Below the pieces are notes generated by a model. That model saw only the letters and a program-made list of their open reading frames with translations, searched no databases and was not told where the DNA came from. Source: Oscillospiraceae bacterium (GTDB taxonomy: Bacteria > Bacillota > Clostridia > Oscillospirales > Acutalibacteraceae). From it: DNA of 45,724 nucleotides. Of the stretch, positions 35,660 to 45,724 are shown one piece after another (position 1 is the stretch's first letter; each line of letters starts with the position of its first letter). A program made the translations under genes and the position numbers. Where the stretch lies: positions 1 to 45,724 of the forward strand of contig JBNMIN010000001.1 of assembly GCA_050873305.1 (NCBI GenBank), in the 5' to 3' direction.

Positions 35660-36916
35660 TTATTCCTCCACCTGAATTTCGATTATGCCGTTCTCATCAA
35701 AGTTCTTGAGCATGTCGCTCTTGATGATGACGTTCTCCATCTCGCCGGGAGCGAGTCTCGGGCGCTTCTTGCTGATGAGCGTCTCGCCGTTGTAGGTGAC
35801 AACGACCTTGGCATTCTTGTGAACGTCGCCGACTCTGAAGAAGAGCTTGACATCCTCGTCCTCGCCGAGGGCTATCTTCTGCGGTACGATGTAGCGCACG
35901 CCGTTGATGCCTCTGGTCTTGACGTATTTCTTTTCTTTGTTTCCGCCGTTCTTTATGTATCTCGCTGCGCCCTCGCCGGCCGTCTGGCTCTCAAGGGTAA
36001 CGAAGTCAACAAGATCGTGAACGTGCAGCACGTTGCCGCAGGCGAAAACGCCGGGGTGGGTAGTCTCTCTGTATTCGTCGACTATCGGGCCGCCGGTGAC
36101 GCGGTCAAATTCGATGCCCATGTTCTTGCTCAGCTCGTTCTCGGGGATAAGACCGACGGAAAGCATGAGCGTGTCGCAGGGGACATATTCCTCCGTGCCG
36201 GGGATCGGGCGGCGGTTCTCGTCGACCTTTGCAATGGTGACGCCCTCAAGGCGCTCCTTGCCGTGGATGTCGATAACCGTGGTGCTGAGTTTGAGCGGGA
36301 TGTCGAAGTCGTTGAGGCACTGAACGATGTTTCTCGTCAGTCCGCTCGAATAGGGCATCAGCTCGCAGACCATCTTGACGTGCGCACCCTCAAGGGTCAT
36401 GCGGCGCGCCATGATAAGACCGATATCGCCCGAGCCGAGGATAACGACTTCCTTGCCGGGCATATAGCCGTCAATGTTGACATATTTCTGCGCAGTACCT
36501 GCGGAGAGAACGCCGGCGCAGCGGGTGCCCGCGATGTTGAGTGCGCCTCTCGGACGCTCGCGGCAGCCCATTGCAAGAATGACTGCGGTAGCGTCGATTT
36601 CAATAAGACCGTCCTCTTTGTTGACTGCGGTGACGACGTTGTCGTCGGAAATGGAGAGCACCATCGTGTCGGTCTTTACGACAATGTCGGTGTCCTCAAC
36701 AAGCTCGATGAAACGCGCGGCGTATTCGGGGCCCGAAAGCTCCTCGCCGAAGTAGTGCAGACCGAAACCGGTGTGTATGCACTGCTCAAGGATACCGCCG
36801 AGAGTCTCTGCGCGCTCGAGTATGATTATCTTTTCAACGCCGCTTTCACGCGCCTTGAGCGCAGCGGCCATGCCTGCGGGGCCTCCGCCGATAACGGCAA
36901 GATCATATTTAAGCAT
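35660..36916 (-). CDS. FAD/NAD(P)-dependent oxidoreductase (partner subunit of GlpA-like dehydrogenase)
   Basis: GGGPAG, LGGILEQCIHTGFG, AMGCRERPRG, GSGDIGLIMARR, CGNVLHVHDLVD. Confidence 0.88.
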   Translation of the reverse strand: MLKYDLAVIGGGPAGMAAALKARESGVEKIIILERAETLGGILEQCIHTGFGLHYFGEELSGPEYAARFIELVEDTDIVVKTDTMVLSISDDNVVTAVNKEDGLIEIDATAVILAMGCRERPRGALNIAGTRCAGVLSAGTAQKYVNIDGYMPGKEVVILGSGDIGLIMARRMTLEGAHVKMVCELMPYSSGLTRNIVQCLNDFDIPLKLSTTVIDIHGKERLEGVTIAKVDENRRPIPGTEEYVPCDTLMLSVGLIPENELSKNMGIEFDRVTGGPIVDEYRETTHPGVFACGNVLHVHDLVDFVTLESQTAGEGAARYIKNGGNKEKKYVKTRGINGVRYIVPQKIALGEDEDVKLFFRVGDVHKNAKVVVTYNGETLISKKRPRLAPGEMENVIIKSDMLKNFDENGIIEIQVEE

Positions 36917-36952
36917 TAGTATTCATCCTTTCATGCTGCGAAAGTTCGCAGA

Positions 36953-38389
36953 TCACTTAGTCCTGCCGAAGAGGATCTTTGACTCTCCGCCGCATTTTGT
37001 GATCTCATCAAGCTCCTGACCAAGCTCTCTTGCGAGTATCTCGACTACCTTTGAGCCGCAGAAGCCGCCCTGGCAGCGACCCATTCCGGCTCTCGTGCGG
37101 CGCTTTACGCCGTCAACGTCTATAGCGCCTGCGGGCGCGTGGATAGCGTCGAGGATCTCGCCCTCGGTTATAGTCTCGCAGCGGCAGATAACTCTGCCGT
37201 ATGCGCTGTTCTTTTCAACAAGTGCCTTGCGCTCTTCCGCGCTCATGTGGCGGAAACGCACGGGAGCGGGTCTGCCGGGAATGAAGTCCGCCTTCTCGCT
37301 GACTTCGCCCTTGTCCTGCAGAATCATGTCGCAGACATAAAGACCGATAGCGGGAGCGGAGGAGAGACCGGGCGACTCGATGCCGGCAACGTTTATGAAC
37401 TTCGCGTCCTTCTCGCTGGGGGCGATGATGAAATCGTCGCCGGTGCTGTGGGCGCGGATGCCTGCAAACGAAGTGATGACGTCGCGGGTCGAGAGCGACG
37501 GGACGGATCTCAGAGCGGTCTTGAAAACGCCGTTCGTGCCGTCTGCGGTGGTCGAGCAGTCGTCCTTTTCGTCTATATCGACTGCACTCGGACCGACGAG
37601 CAGATTTCCGTCAACGGTCGGGGTGACAAGAACGCCCTTGCCCATCTTTGAGGGACACTGGAATATCGTGTGCTTTACCTTGTCGCCGACTGCTCTGTCC
37701 ATGAGCATATATTCGCCCTTACGGGGAATAATGGTTATTGAATCGTCGCCGATGAGAGAAGCAACCTTGTCGCAGAAAACGCCGGCGGCGTTGACGACAT
37801 ATTCGGCTTCGATCTCGCCTGCGTCGGACTTGAGGACAAAGTTGCCCTGCGCGTTCTTTTCAATAGCCGTAACATCAAAATTGCGGAAGAACTCGACGCC
37901 GTTCATGACTGCGTTCTCAACTGTCGCTATCGTCAGCTCGTAGGGGCAGACGATTCCGGCGGTCGGAGCATAGAGCGCGGCGACTGCCTCGTCGCTGAGG
38001 TTCGGCTCTTCGCGGTGAAGAGTTTCCTTGTCGAGAATCTCGAGTCCGGGAACTCCGTTCTCTTCGCCTCTTGCCTTGAGCTCTTCAAGAGTCTCAACTT
38101 CCTCGTTCGAGAAAGCGACAACATATGAGCCGATGGGCTTGAACGGGACATGAAGTGTCTCGCACAGACCGGGCATTGCGGCAGTGCCTTCAACGTTGAG
38201 TCTCGCTTTGAGGGTGCCGGGCATTGCGTCGAAGCCTGCGTGGACAATGGCGCTGTTGGCCTTTGTTGTGCCCATCGCCATGTCGCTGCATTTTTCAACC
38301 AATGCGACCTTGATGTTATATCGGCTCAGCTCTCTCGCGACCATTGCGCCGCTGACGCCTGCACCGATAATTGCTACATCGTATGACAT
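36953..38389 (-). CDS. FAD-dependent oxidoreductase, GlpA/LhgO-like with C-terminal BFD-like [2Fe-2S] domain
   Basis: GAGVSG, TTKANSAIVHAGFD, PRKGEY, GIESPGLSSAPAI, ICRCE...RTRAGMGRCQGGFC; start MSYDV after GGAGG. Confidence 0.88.
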   Translation of the reverse strand: MSYDVAIIGAGVSGAMVARELSRYNIKVALVEKCSDMAMGTTKANSAIVHAGFDAMPGTLKARLNVEGTAAMPGLCETLHVPFKPIGSYVVAFSNEEVETLEELKARGEENGVPGLEILDKETLHREEPNLSDEAVAALYAPTAGIVCPYELTIATVENAVMNGVEFFRNFDVTAIEKNAQGNFVLKSDAGEIEAEYVVNAAGVFCDKVASLIGDDSITIIPRKGEYMLMDRAVGDKVKHTIFQCPSKMGKGVLVTPTVDGNLLVGPSAVDIDEKDDCSTTADGTNGVFKTALRSVPSLSTRDVITSFAGIRAHSTGDDFIIAPSEKDAKFINVAGIESPGLSSAPAIGLYVCDMILQDKGEVSEKADFIPGRPAPVRFRHMSAEERKALVEKNSAYGRVICRCETITEGEILDAIHAPAGAIDVDGVKRRTRAGMGRCQGGFCGSKVVEILARELGQELDEITKCGGESKILFGRTK

Positions 38390-38438
38390 ATTTTTACCTC
38401 CAGACGGAAATAGTATGGCTGGTTTTACAGACATAGTT

Positions 38439-38467
38439 ATTATACCACTCTTTTTGCCGGCAGACAA
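38439..38467 (-). promoter_or_regulatory. sigma-A promoter for the GlpA-like operon
   Basis: Minus strand TTGTCT-17 bp-TATAAT with TG extension. Confidence 0.65.
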
Positions 38468-38639
38468 GTATATAAAGCGCCATAATCTATATTTTTGTCG
38501 TTATATTTGCTCTTAATTTATGACAATTTAATTATTGTGAAAATTTTGCGCCCGCTTTAATAATTGCGCTCACTCAGGCAACAATAAACACCGACTTTAC
38601 CTTATTTGCGGATTTCAGATCCGCACGGGAGGAAGAAAA

Positions 38640-40139
38640 ATGGAAGAATATCTTGTGCAGATGAAGGGAATATCGAAGTTCTTTCCCGGAGTCGTCGCAC
38701 TCGACAAAGTCGATTTCGAGCTTCGGGCGGGTGAAGTGCATGCGCTGCTCGGCGAAAACGGAGCGGGAAAATCCACGCTGATGAAAATAATCGGCGGAAT
38801 ATATCAAAAAGACGAGGGCGAGGTGAAGATACGCGGCAAAACGCAGGAGTATTCAACCGTCGCCCAGGCGTCGGAGCTCGGCATCGCCGTTATCCATCAG
38901 GAGCTCAACATGTGCCGCCACCTGACCGTGGCGGAGAATATCTTTCTCGGCAGGGAGCTCAAAAAGGGCGGCATGGTCGATTTCAAAGAGCAGAACGCCC
39001 GCGCGTCAAAGCTTCTCAAAGAACTGAGCCTCAATATCGAGCCCGATACCGAAGTCGGCAAGCTCTCCGTGTCAAAGCAGCAGATGGTCGAGATTGCCAA
39101 GGCTCTTTCGACAAACGCCGATATTATAATCATGGACGAGCCGAGCTCGGCGCTGACCGAGCGCGAGACGCAGGAGCTTTTCAGAATAATAAACGAGCTC
39201 AAAAATATGGGCAAGGGCATAATTTATATCTCCCACCGCCTTGAAGAGCTCGAAAATATCGTCGACAGAGTCACTGTCATGCGCGACGGAAAATATATAA
39301 AGACCGCCGATTTCAAAGATCTTTCAATTGGCGAGATAATCGCCCTCATGGTCGGGCGCGAGATAACCGAAAAATATCCGCATGAGCAGACTGAGCGCGG
39401 CAAAAAAATCATGGAGGTCAAGGGGATATCCACCTCCGAGGTTCAGAATATCTCGTTCGATCTCTATTCCGGCGAAATACTCGGCTTCGCGGGTCTTGTC
39501 GGCGCGGGGCGCACGGAACTCGTCAGGGCGCTGTTCGGCGCGGATAAAATAACGGCGGGCGAAGTTGTCGTCTACGACAAGAGCGTGAAGCTCAAAAGCC
39601 CGCGCGATGCTGTAAAAGCCGGTATAGTCTGCGCGCCGGAGGACAGAAAAAAGGACGGTCTTTTGGTTGAGCTCGATGTCAGCGAGAATATCGCAATAGC
39701 GAATCTCGATACGCTCTCGAACCCAGTCGGGGTGCTCAGCGCAAAGCGCGAGCGGGATATGGCGAATCGCGCCGTAAAAGAGCTGAAAATAAAAACACCG
39801 TCAATAAAAAGCGAGGTCAAAAACCTCTCGGGCGGCAACCAGCAGAAGATAGTCGTCGGCAAATGGCTCATGCGCGACGCCAAAGTAATAATCTTCGACG
39901 AGCCGACGCGCGGCATCGATGTCGCCGCCAAGGTCGAGATATATAATTTGATGAACAAGCTCAAAAAGAGCGGCATCGGCGTTATGTTCGTCTCGTCCGA
40001 GCTGCCCGAGGTGCTCGGCATGAGTGACAGGATAATCGTCATGTGTTCCGGGCGCATCACGGGCGAACTCAGCCGCGATGAAGCCACGCAGGAAAAAATA
40101 ATGGAGCTTGCAACAAAGTTCCGCACGGAGGTGAGCTGA
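38640..40139 (+). CDS. Sugar ABC transporter ATP-binding protein (RbsA/MglA type)
   Basis: GENGAGKSTL, IHQEL, MDEPSSAL, YISHRL, GLVGAGRTE, LSGGNQQK, DEPTRGIDV. Confidence 0.93.
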   Translation: MEEYLVQMKGISKFFPGVVALDKVDFELRAGEVHALLGENGAGKSTLMKIIGGIYQKDEGEVKIRGKTQEYSTVAQASELGIAVIHQELNMCRHLTVAENIFLGRELKKGGMVDFKEQNARASKLLKELSLNIEPDTEVGKLSVSKQQMVEIAKALSTNADIIIMDEPSSALTERETQELFRIINELKNMGKGIIYISHRLEELENIVDRVTVMRDGKYIKTADFKDLSIGEIIALMVGREITEKYPHEQTERGKKIMEVKGISTSEVQNISFDLYSGEILGFAGLVGAGRTELVRALFGADKITAGEVVVYDKSVKLKSPRDAVKAGIVCAPEDRKKDGLLVELDVSENIAIANLDTLSNPVGVLSAKRERDMANRAVKELKIKTPSIKSEVKNLSGGNQQKIVVGKWLMRDAKVIIFDEPTRGIDVAAKVEIYNLMNKLKKSGIGVMFVSSELPEVLGMSDRIIVMCSGRITGELSRDEATQEKIMELATKFRTEVS

Positions 40140-41156
40140 ATGTTCAAAAAAATACTTTCCGCAAGGGGAATGGGGCAGGTGCTCTCGGTCTTTGCGGCGC
40201 TGATAGTCATGATAATCGTCTTTGCGCTGATAAATCCACTGTTCTTCTCCGCAACCAATATAACGAACCTTCTGCGCCAGGTGGCGCCGATATTGATAAT
40301 CGGCGTCGGTCAGTCGTTCGTCCTTATAACTGCCGGAATCGACCTTTCGATAGGCTCGGTCGCGGGAATGTCGTGCATGATAAGCGCGACCCTGATGACA
40401 AAATTCAATATGAACCCGATTTTAACCGTGCTCATAACTATTATTTGCTGCCTTGCAATCGGTCTTGTAAACGGACTGCTTATCTCCGTCGCAAAGCTCC
40501 CGGCCTTCATAGCTACCCTCGGTACTATGATAATCGCCCGCGGTGTCGCGCAGATTGTCAACGGCAACATGAACACCAACGGCATATATTCCGACGCCTT
40601 CAAGAATTTCTTCTATTACGGCCGCTTCCTCGGGATATATACCCCGATCTGGATAGCAATAGTGCTCTTCGCTTTCTTCGCGTTTATTCTTTCAAAGACG
40701 GCGCTCGGCAGGCATGTCTATGCCCTCGGCTCGAACTATGAGGCGGCGCGCCTGTCCGGAGTCAATGTCGCCGCGGCGCAGACGAAAGTTTATGTCATTT
40801 CTTCTTTTCTCGCCGGCGTTGTCGGCCTGATACTCACCGCGCAGAGCGGCATGGGCAGCATGGACGCGGGCTCTAACTATGAGCTCAACGCCGTCGCCGC
40901 GTCCGTTATCGGCGGAGTCAGCACCATGGGCGGACAGGGTATGCTCCTTGGCACCGTCATAGGTGCGTTTATCTGGGGCGTGCTCAATAACGGTCTCCAG
41001 TTCGCAGGCGCGCCTCTCGCGCTTCGCAATATAGTCATCGGCATAGTCGTTATAATCTCCGTGCTTATAGACAGAATCGTCCACGGGGGCAAGCGGCTCA
41101 ACACAAATGCCGCCAAATGGCTCAAGCTCGGCGGCGGCAGAGAAAAAAGAGAATAA
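40140..41156 (+). CDS. Sugar ABC transporter permease (RbsC type)
   Basis: GIDLSIGS, PAFIATLG, GRHVYALGSN.EAARLSG, YELNAVAASVIGG.S..GG.G. Confidence 0.92.
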   Translation: MFKKILSARGMGQVLSVFAALIVMIIVFALINPLFFSATNITNLLRQVAPILIIGVGQSFVLITAGIDLSIGSVAGMSCMISATLMTKFNMNPILTVLITIICCLAIGLVNGLLISVAKLPAFIATLGTMIIARGVAQIVNGNMNTNGIYSDAFKNFFYYGRFLGIYTPIWIAIVLFAFFAFILSKTALGRHVYALGSNYEAARLSGVNVAAAQTKVYVISSFLAGVVGLILTAQSGMGSMDAGSNYELNAVAASVIGGVSTMGGQGMLLGTVIGAFIWGVLNNGLQFAGAPLALRNIVIGIVVIISVLIDRIVHGGKRLNTNAAKWLKLGGGREKRE

Positions 41157-41168
41157 ACGGAGGACAGT

Positions 41169-42125
41169 ATGAAAAAGATACTCGCAGTTATTATGTCGGC
41201 GCTGCTGATTCTGACCGCCTTTGCGGCGTGCAGCAGAAGCGGCGAGGGCAACAACACAGCGCAGGGCATGACCGAGAGCGCCGCCAACGCAAAGTACAAA
41301 GTATATCTCATCACTATCGACAAAATGGATCAGCACTGGGTTTCGGTCGACAAGGGCGCGTCTGATATGGCAAAACAGCTCGGCATCACTTATAAGTGGG
41401 ATGCCCCCGATGTCAAAGACAACGCCAAGCAGATCGAGGCGGTCAACAACGCCATCGCCGACGGCGCGAGCCTGATAATGCTCGCCGCAAACGACCCCTC
41501 GGCAATTTCGCAGACCGTCAAAAATGCAAAAGACAAGGGAGTCAAGATAATCTATGTCGATTCTCCCGCAAACGAGCCTGCGGTCACAACTCTCTCGACC
41601 GATAACTACAACGCAGGTATGATAGCGGGCGAGACTATGCTCGAAGAGCTCAAAAACGCGGGCATAACGAGCGGCAAGATAGGCATAATCGGTGTCAACA
41701 CCGCGACAAATTCAAGCATGAACCGCGAAAAGGGCTTCCGCGAGGCGATAACCAAGGACGGCAAGTTTACTCTGCTCACTACCGAATATAAAGACGGCAA
41801 CTTCGCATCCTCGCAGGAGGCGGCAACCGGCTTTATAACCGGCAACTCCGACCTCGTCGGACTTTACGGCACCAACGAGGGCTCGACCGTCGGCGTGGGC
41901 AACGCTATCAAAGATTCAGGCAAGAAGATAATCGGCATCGGCTTCGATACTTCAAACACTATCGAGTCTCTGATAAACGACGGCAGCCTCAAGGCGGTCA
42001 TGGTGCAGAACCCCTATACCATGGGCTATCTCGGTATGGCGCAGGCGCTCGCGGCTCTCAAAGGCAATTCAACTGGTCCCGAGTCTATAGATACCGGCGT
42101 GTCCGTCGTCAGGGCTTCAAAATAA
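41169..42125 (+). CDS. Sugar ABC transporter substrate-binding lipoprotein (RbsB-like fold)
   Basis: Lipobox LTAFAAC; YVDS, STDNYNAG, REKGF, GFD, VQNPYTMGY motifs. Confidence 0.9.
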   Translation: MKKILAVIMSALLILTAFAACSRSGEGNNTAQGMTESAANAKYKVYLITIDKMDQHWVSVDKGASDMAKQLGITYKWDAPDVKDNAKQIEAVNNAIADGASLIMLAANDPSAISQTVKNAKDKGVKIIYVDSPANEPAVTTLSTDNYNAGMIAGETMLEELKNAGITSGKIGIIGVNTATNSSMNREKGFREAITKDGKFTLLTTEYKDGNFASSQEAATGFITGNSDLVGLYGTNEGSTVGVGNAIKDSGKKIIGIGFDTSNTIESLINDGSLKAVMVQNPYTMGYLGMAQALAALKGNSTGPESIDTGVSVVRASK

Positions 42126-42129
42126 AACA

Positions 42130-42176
42130 ATAACAAATTCAGCCGCCCCCGCATAAACTGTTGCGGGGGTGTTTTT
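42130..42176 (+). promoter_or_regulatory. Terminator-like hairpin overlapping a putative SigE -10 and the yunB RBS
   Basis: GCCCCCGCA-taaactgt-TGCGGGGGT stem followed by GTTTTT; CATAAACT (42152-42159) resembles the SigE -10. Confidence 0.5.
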
Positions 42177-42830
42177 ATGCGCCGGATGCGCCGATTCAAT
42201 ATTCGCACTCTGCCGCGCGGGGCGTTCAGGGCTCTGTGCGCTTTTACGCTTGCTGTCTGCCTTGTGCTCGTTGTCGATGCACGGCTTCGCCCGGCGGTTC
42301 GCAATATCGCCATGACCCGTGCAAAGAGCCTAGCCGTGCGCACGGTCGGCGAGAGCATAGAAAAATTTATATCCGAAAATCCGGAGGAGTGCTCGGCGCT
42401 TGTCAGCGTTAGCTCGAACGACGGAAAGATAGGCTCAATGTCGCTCAACGCAGCCTCCGTCAATTTATTCAAATCCCGCCTTGTCCGCGCAGTCGATGAA
42501 GCACTCGAAGAAAATGCAAAATTTGTTGTGAAAATACCGCTTGGCGCCGTAACCGGCTCCGAGGTCTTCGCGGGCATGGGACCCGAGATACCCGTAACCG
42601 TTCGCATGACGGGCGGCGCGGAGGCGCAGATAACGGACGAATTTATTTCTGCGGGCATAAACCAGACTCGCCACAGAGTTATGCTGAAAGTCGAGTGTTC
42701 TGTCTATGTCTTTCTTGGCGGGAACGATGGCGCGGCGAATTTTTCGGATGAATATTGCATCGCCGAGAATATCGTCGTCGGCACTGTCCCGCAGACCGCT
42801 GTGACAATAGATATTCCGCAGCGGCAGTGA
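42177..42830 (+). CDS. yunB: Sporulation protein YunB
   Basis: N-terminal TM; IPLGAVTGS...GMGPEIPV, FISAGINQTRHR, IAENIVVGTVPQ. Confidence 0.88.
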   Translation: MRRMRRFNIRTLPRGAFRALCAFTLAVCLVLVVDARLRPAVRNIAMTRAKSLAVRTVGESIEKFISENPEECSALVSVSSNDGKIGSMSLNAASVNLFKSRLVRAVDEALEENAKFVVKIPLGAVTGSEVFAGMGPEIPVTVRMTGGAEAQITDEFISAGINQTRHRVMLKVECSVYVFLGGNDGAANFSDEYCIAENIVVGTVPQTAVTIDIPQRQ

Positions 42831-42839
42831 AATAAATTG

Positions 42840-42869
42840 TTGTTAGATGTATTCAAGTTGTGGTATAAT
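42840..42869 (+). promoter_or_regulatory. sigma-A promoter for ligA
   Basis: TTGTTA-18 bp-TATAAT with TG extension; AAGGAGG RBS before TTG 42910. Confidence 0.65.
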
Positions 42870-42894
42870 AACCGCAGAGAAAAAGGAAGCTTAA

Positions 42895-44901
<2,007 letters not shown>

Positions 44902-44905
44902 ATTT

Positions 44906-44934
44906 AAGCATCCGTACTTTTTGTGCGGATGCTT
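44906..44934. terminator. Terminator between convergent ligA and the AraC gene
   Basis: AAGCATCCGTAC/GTGCGGATGCTT stem followed by T-rich sequence. Confidence 0.75.
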
Positions 44935-45724
44935 TATTTTTGATATTCGCGCCTGTATGCGGCGGGGGAGAATCCGGAGTAGCTCTTGAAAACCCGATTG
45001 AAGTGACTCAGGCTGTAATAGCCGAGCTGCATTGATATTTCAAGCGTCGTCATCTTGGTTCCGCTTAGCAGCAGGCAGGCGTATTCGCATTTCGTGTCCT
45101 TGAGATATGCCGAAACCGTCTTGCCCGTATATTTTCTGAACGCTTCGATAACAACGGGCGGCGAGAAGTTGCTCATTTCATATACGTCCGCCGCGCTGCA
45201 TGTCATATATTCCGGCGAGCGTATCTTTTCGAGCATGTTTTCAAACCACTCGGGGCAGTCGATTTTCTGTGTGAGCTTCGAGCTGTTTATTATCGAGATA
45301 AAATCCGATGCGGTCGAGCATATTACGCTCGCCGCCTTTTCATATCCGTCGCCGATGAGCCTGTTTATGAGACTTGCCCGCGAAGAAAAGTATGCCTGCT
45401 CCTCGGTTGAGAGCGAAGCCGTCAGCGGCTTCTGCGACTCGAACTCTTTGGAATCTATCCCGAGAGCCGAGCAGATTTCTTCAAATTTTTTCGGCGAGAT
45501 GCAGATGTTCATATGTATGCTCGAAAAATTCTCAATGCGGCGCAATTGATGAATGTCGCCGGGGCATATCATGCATAAAGTGCCTTTGCTTATCTCGGAA
45601 ATTTTGCCGTTTATCTCGTGGCAGACGCGCCCGTCCGTCACAAGAAAAATCTCATAGTAGTTGTGCCCGTGCTCCGTCGTGCCCTCCGAGCCCCAGAGGT
45701 GAAACGACACGGAATATTTGCTTA
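44934..45724 (-). CDS. AraC-family transcriptional regulator with N-terminal cupin domain (5' end beyond window)
   Basis: HGHNYYEIF...H cupin motif; C-terminal FRKYTG...LL......EI...LGY.SLSHFNRVFK..G.SP..YR. Frame stays open to the window edge upstream of GTG 45710. Confidence 0.88.
   Translation of the reverse strand, partial: SKYSVSFHLWGSEGTTEHGHNYYEIFLVTDGRVCHEINGKISEISKGTLCMICPGDIHQLRRIENFSSIHMNICISPKKFEEICSALGIDSKEFESQKPLTASLSTEEQAYFSSRASLINRLIGDGYEKAASVICSTASDFISIINSSKLTQKIDCPEWFENMLEKIRSPEYMTCSAADVYEMSNFSPPVVIEAFRKYTGKTVSAYLKDTKCEYACLLLSGTKMTTLEISMQLGYYSLSHFNRVFKSYSGFSPAAYRREYQK

Noticed and set aside
35819-36919. 366-aa plus-strand ORF
   Set aside because: Antisense shadow of the FAD oxidoreductase; no motifs.
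38562-38574. AATTGCGCTCACT resembling a lac-operator half-site before the sugar ABC operon
   Set aside because: Not palindromic and no LacI-family gene nearby; probably chance.
38640-42125. Naming the ABC genes rbsACB
   Set aside because: Family-level similarity only; no rbsK/rbsD/rbsR, so substrate is unsupported.

Overview
Chromosomal core-genome window from a spore-forming Clostridia-class bacterium (Oscillospirales/Ruminococcaceae-like by gene content and order; coding GC roughly mid-50s% by eye, not computed). Order: recJ-relA/spoT-dtd-MBL hydrolase-hemZ-uridine kinase-like; murJ/yabM-mazG-hup-yabO-yabP-yabQ-divIC-yabR; amidohydrolase plus a lone fumarate/tartrate hydratase alpha subunit; hpf-rlmL-like-DAGK; PHP, HAD, ABC-F, O-antigen-ligase-like membrane protein; a tight 7-gene D-amino-acid/5-oxoproline operon (dat, DUF4392, pxpB, pxpC, DUF1445/ycsI, pxpA, alr); two membrane proteins; a GH2 with beta-glucuronidase motifs; trxA; a GlpA-like flavoprotein trio divergent from a ribose-type sugar ABC transporter; yunB, ligA and a partial AraC regulator. 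I see no rRNA, tRNA, CRISPR array, prophage or transposase. The best candidate for an undescribed system is the operon at 23842-30273. It encodes both domains of mammalian D-glutamate cyclase as separate genes, interleaved with the ATP-dependent 5-oxoprolinase and flanked by D-amino-acid aminotransferase and alanine racemase, suggesting a D-glutamate/pyroglutamate stereo-inversion or recycling pathway. Other leads: a 191-bp three-way-junction element after hup, paired terminator/RBS-occluding hairpins over SigE-like promoters at yabP and yunB, an ABC-F with a naturally degenerate (E to Q) second ATP site, and the candidate beta-glucuronidase. All family calls come from motif recognition, not database searches.
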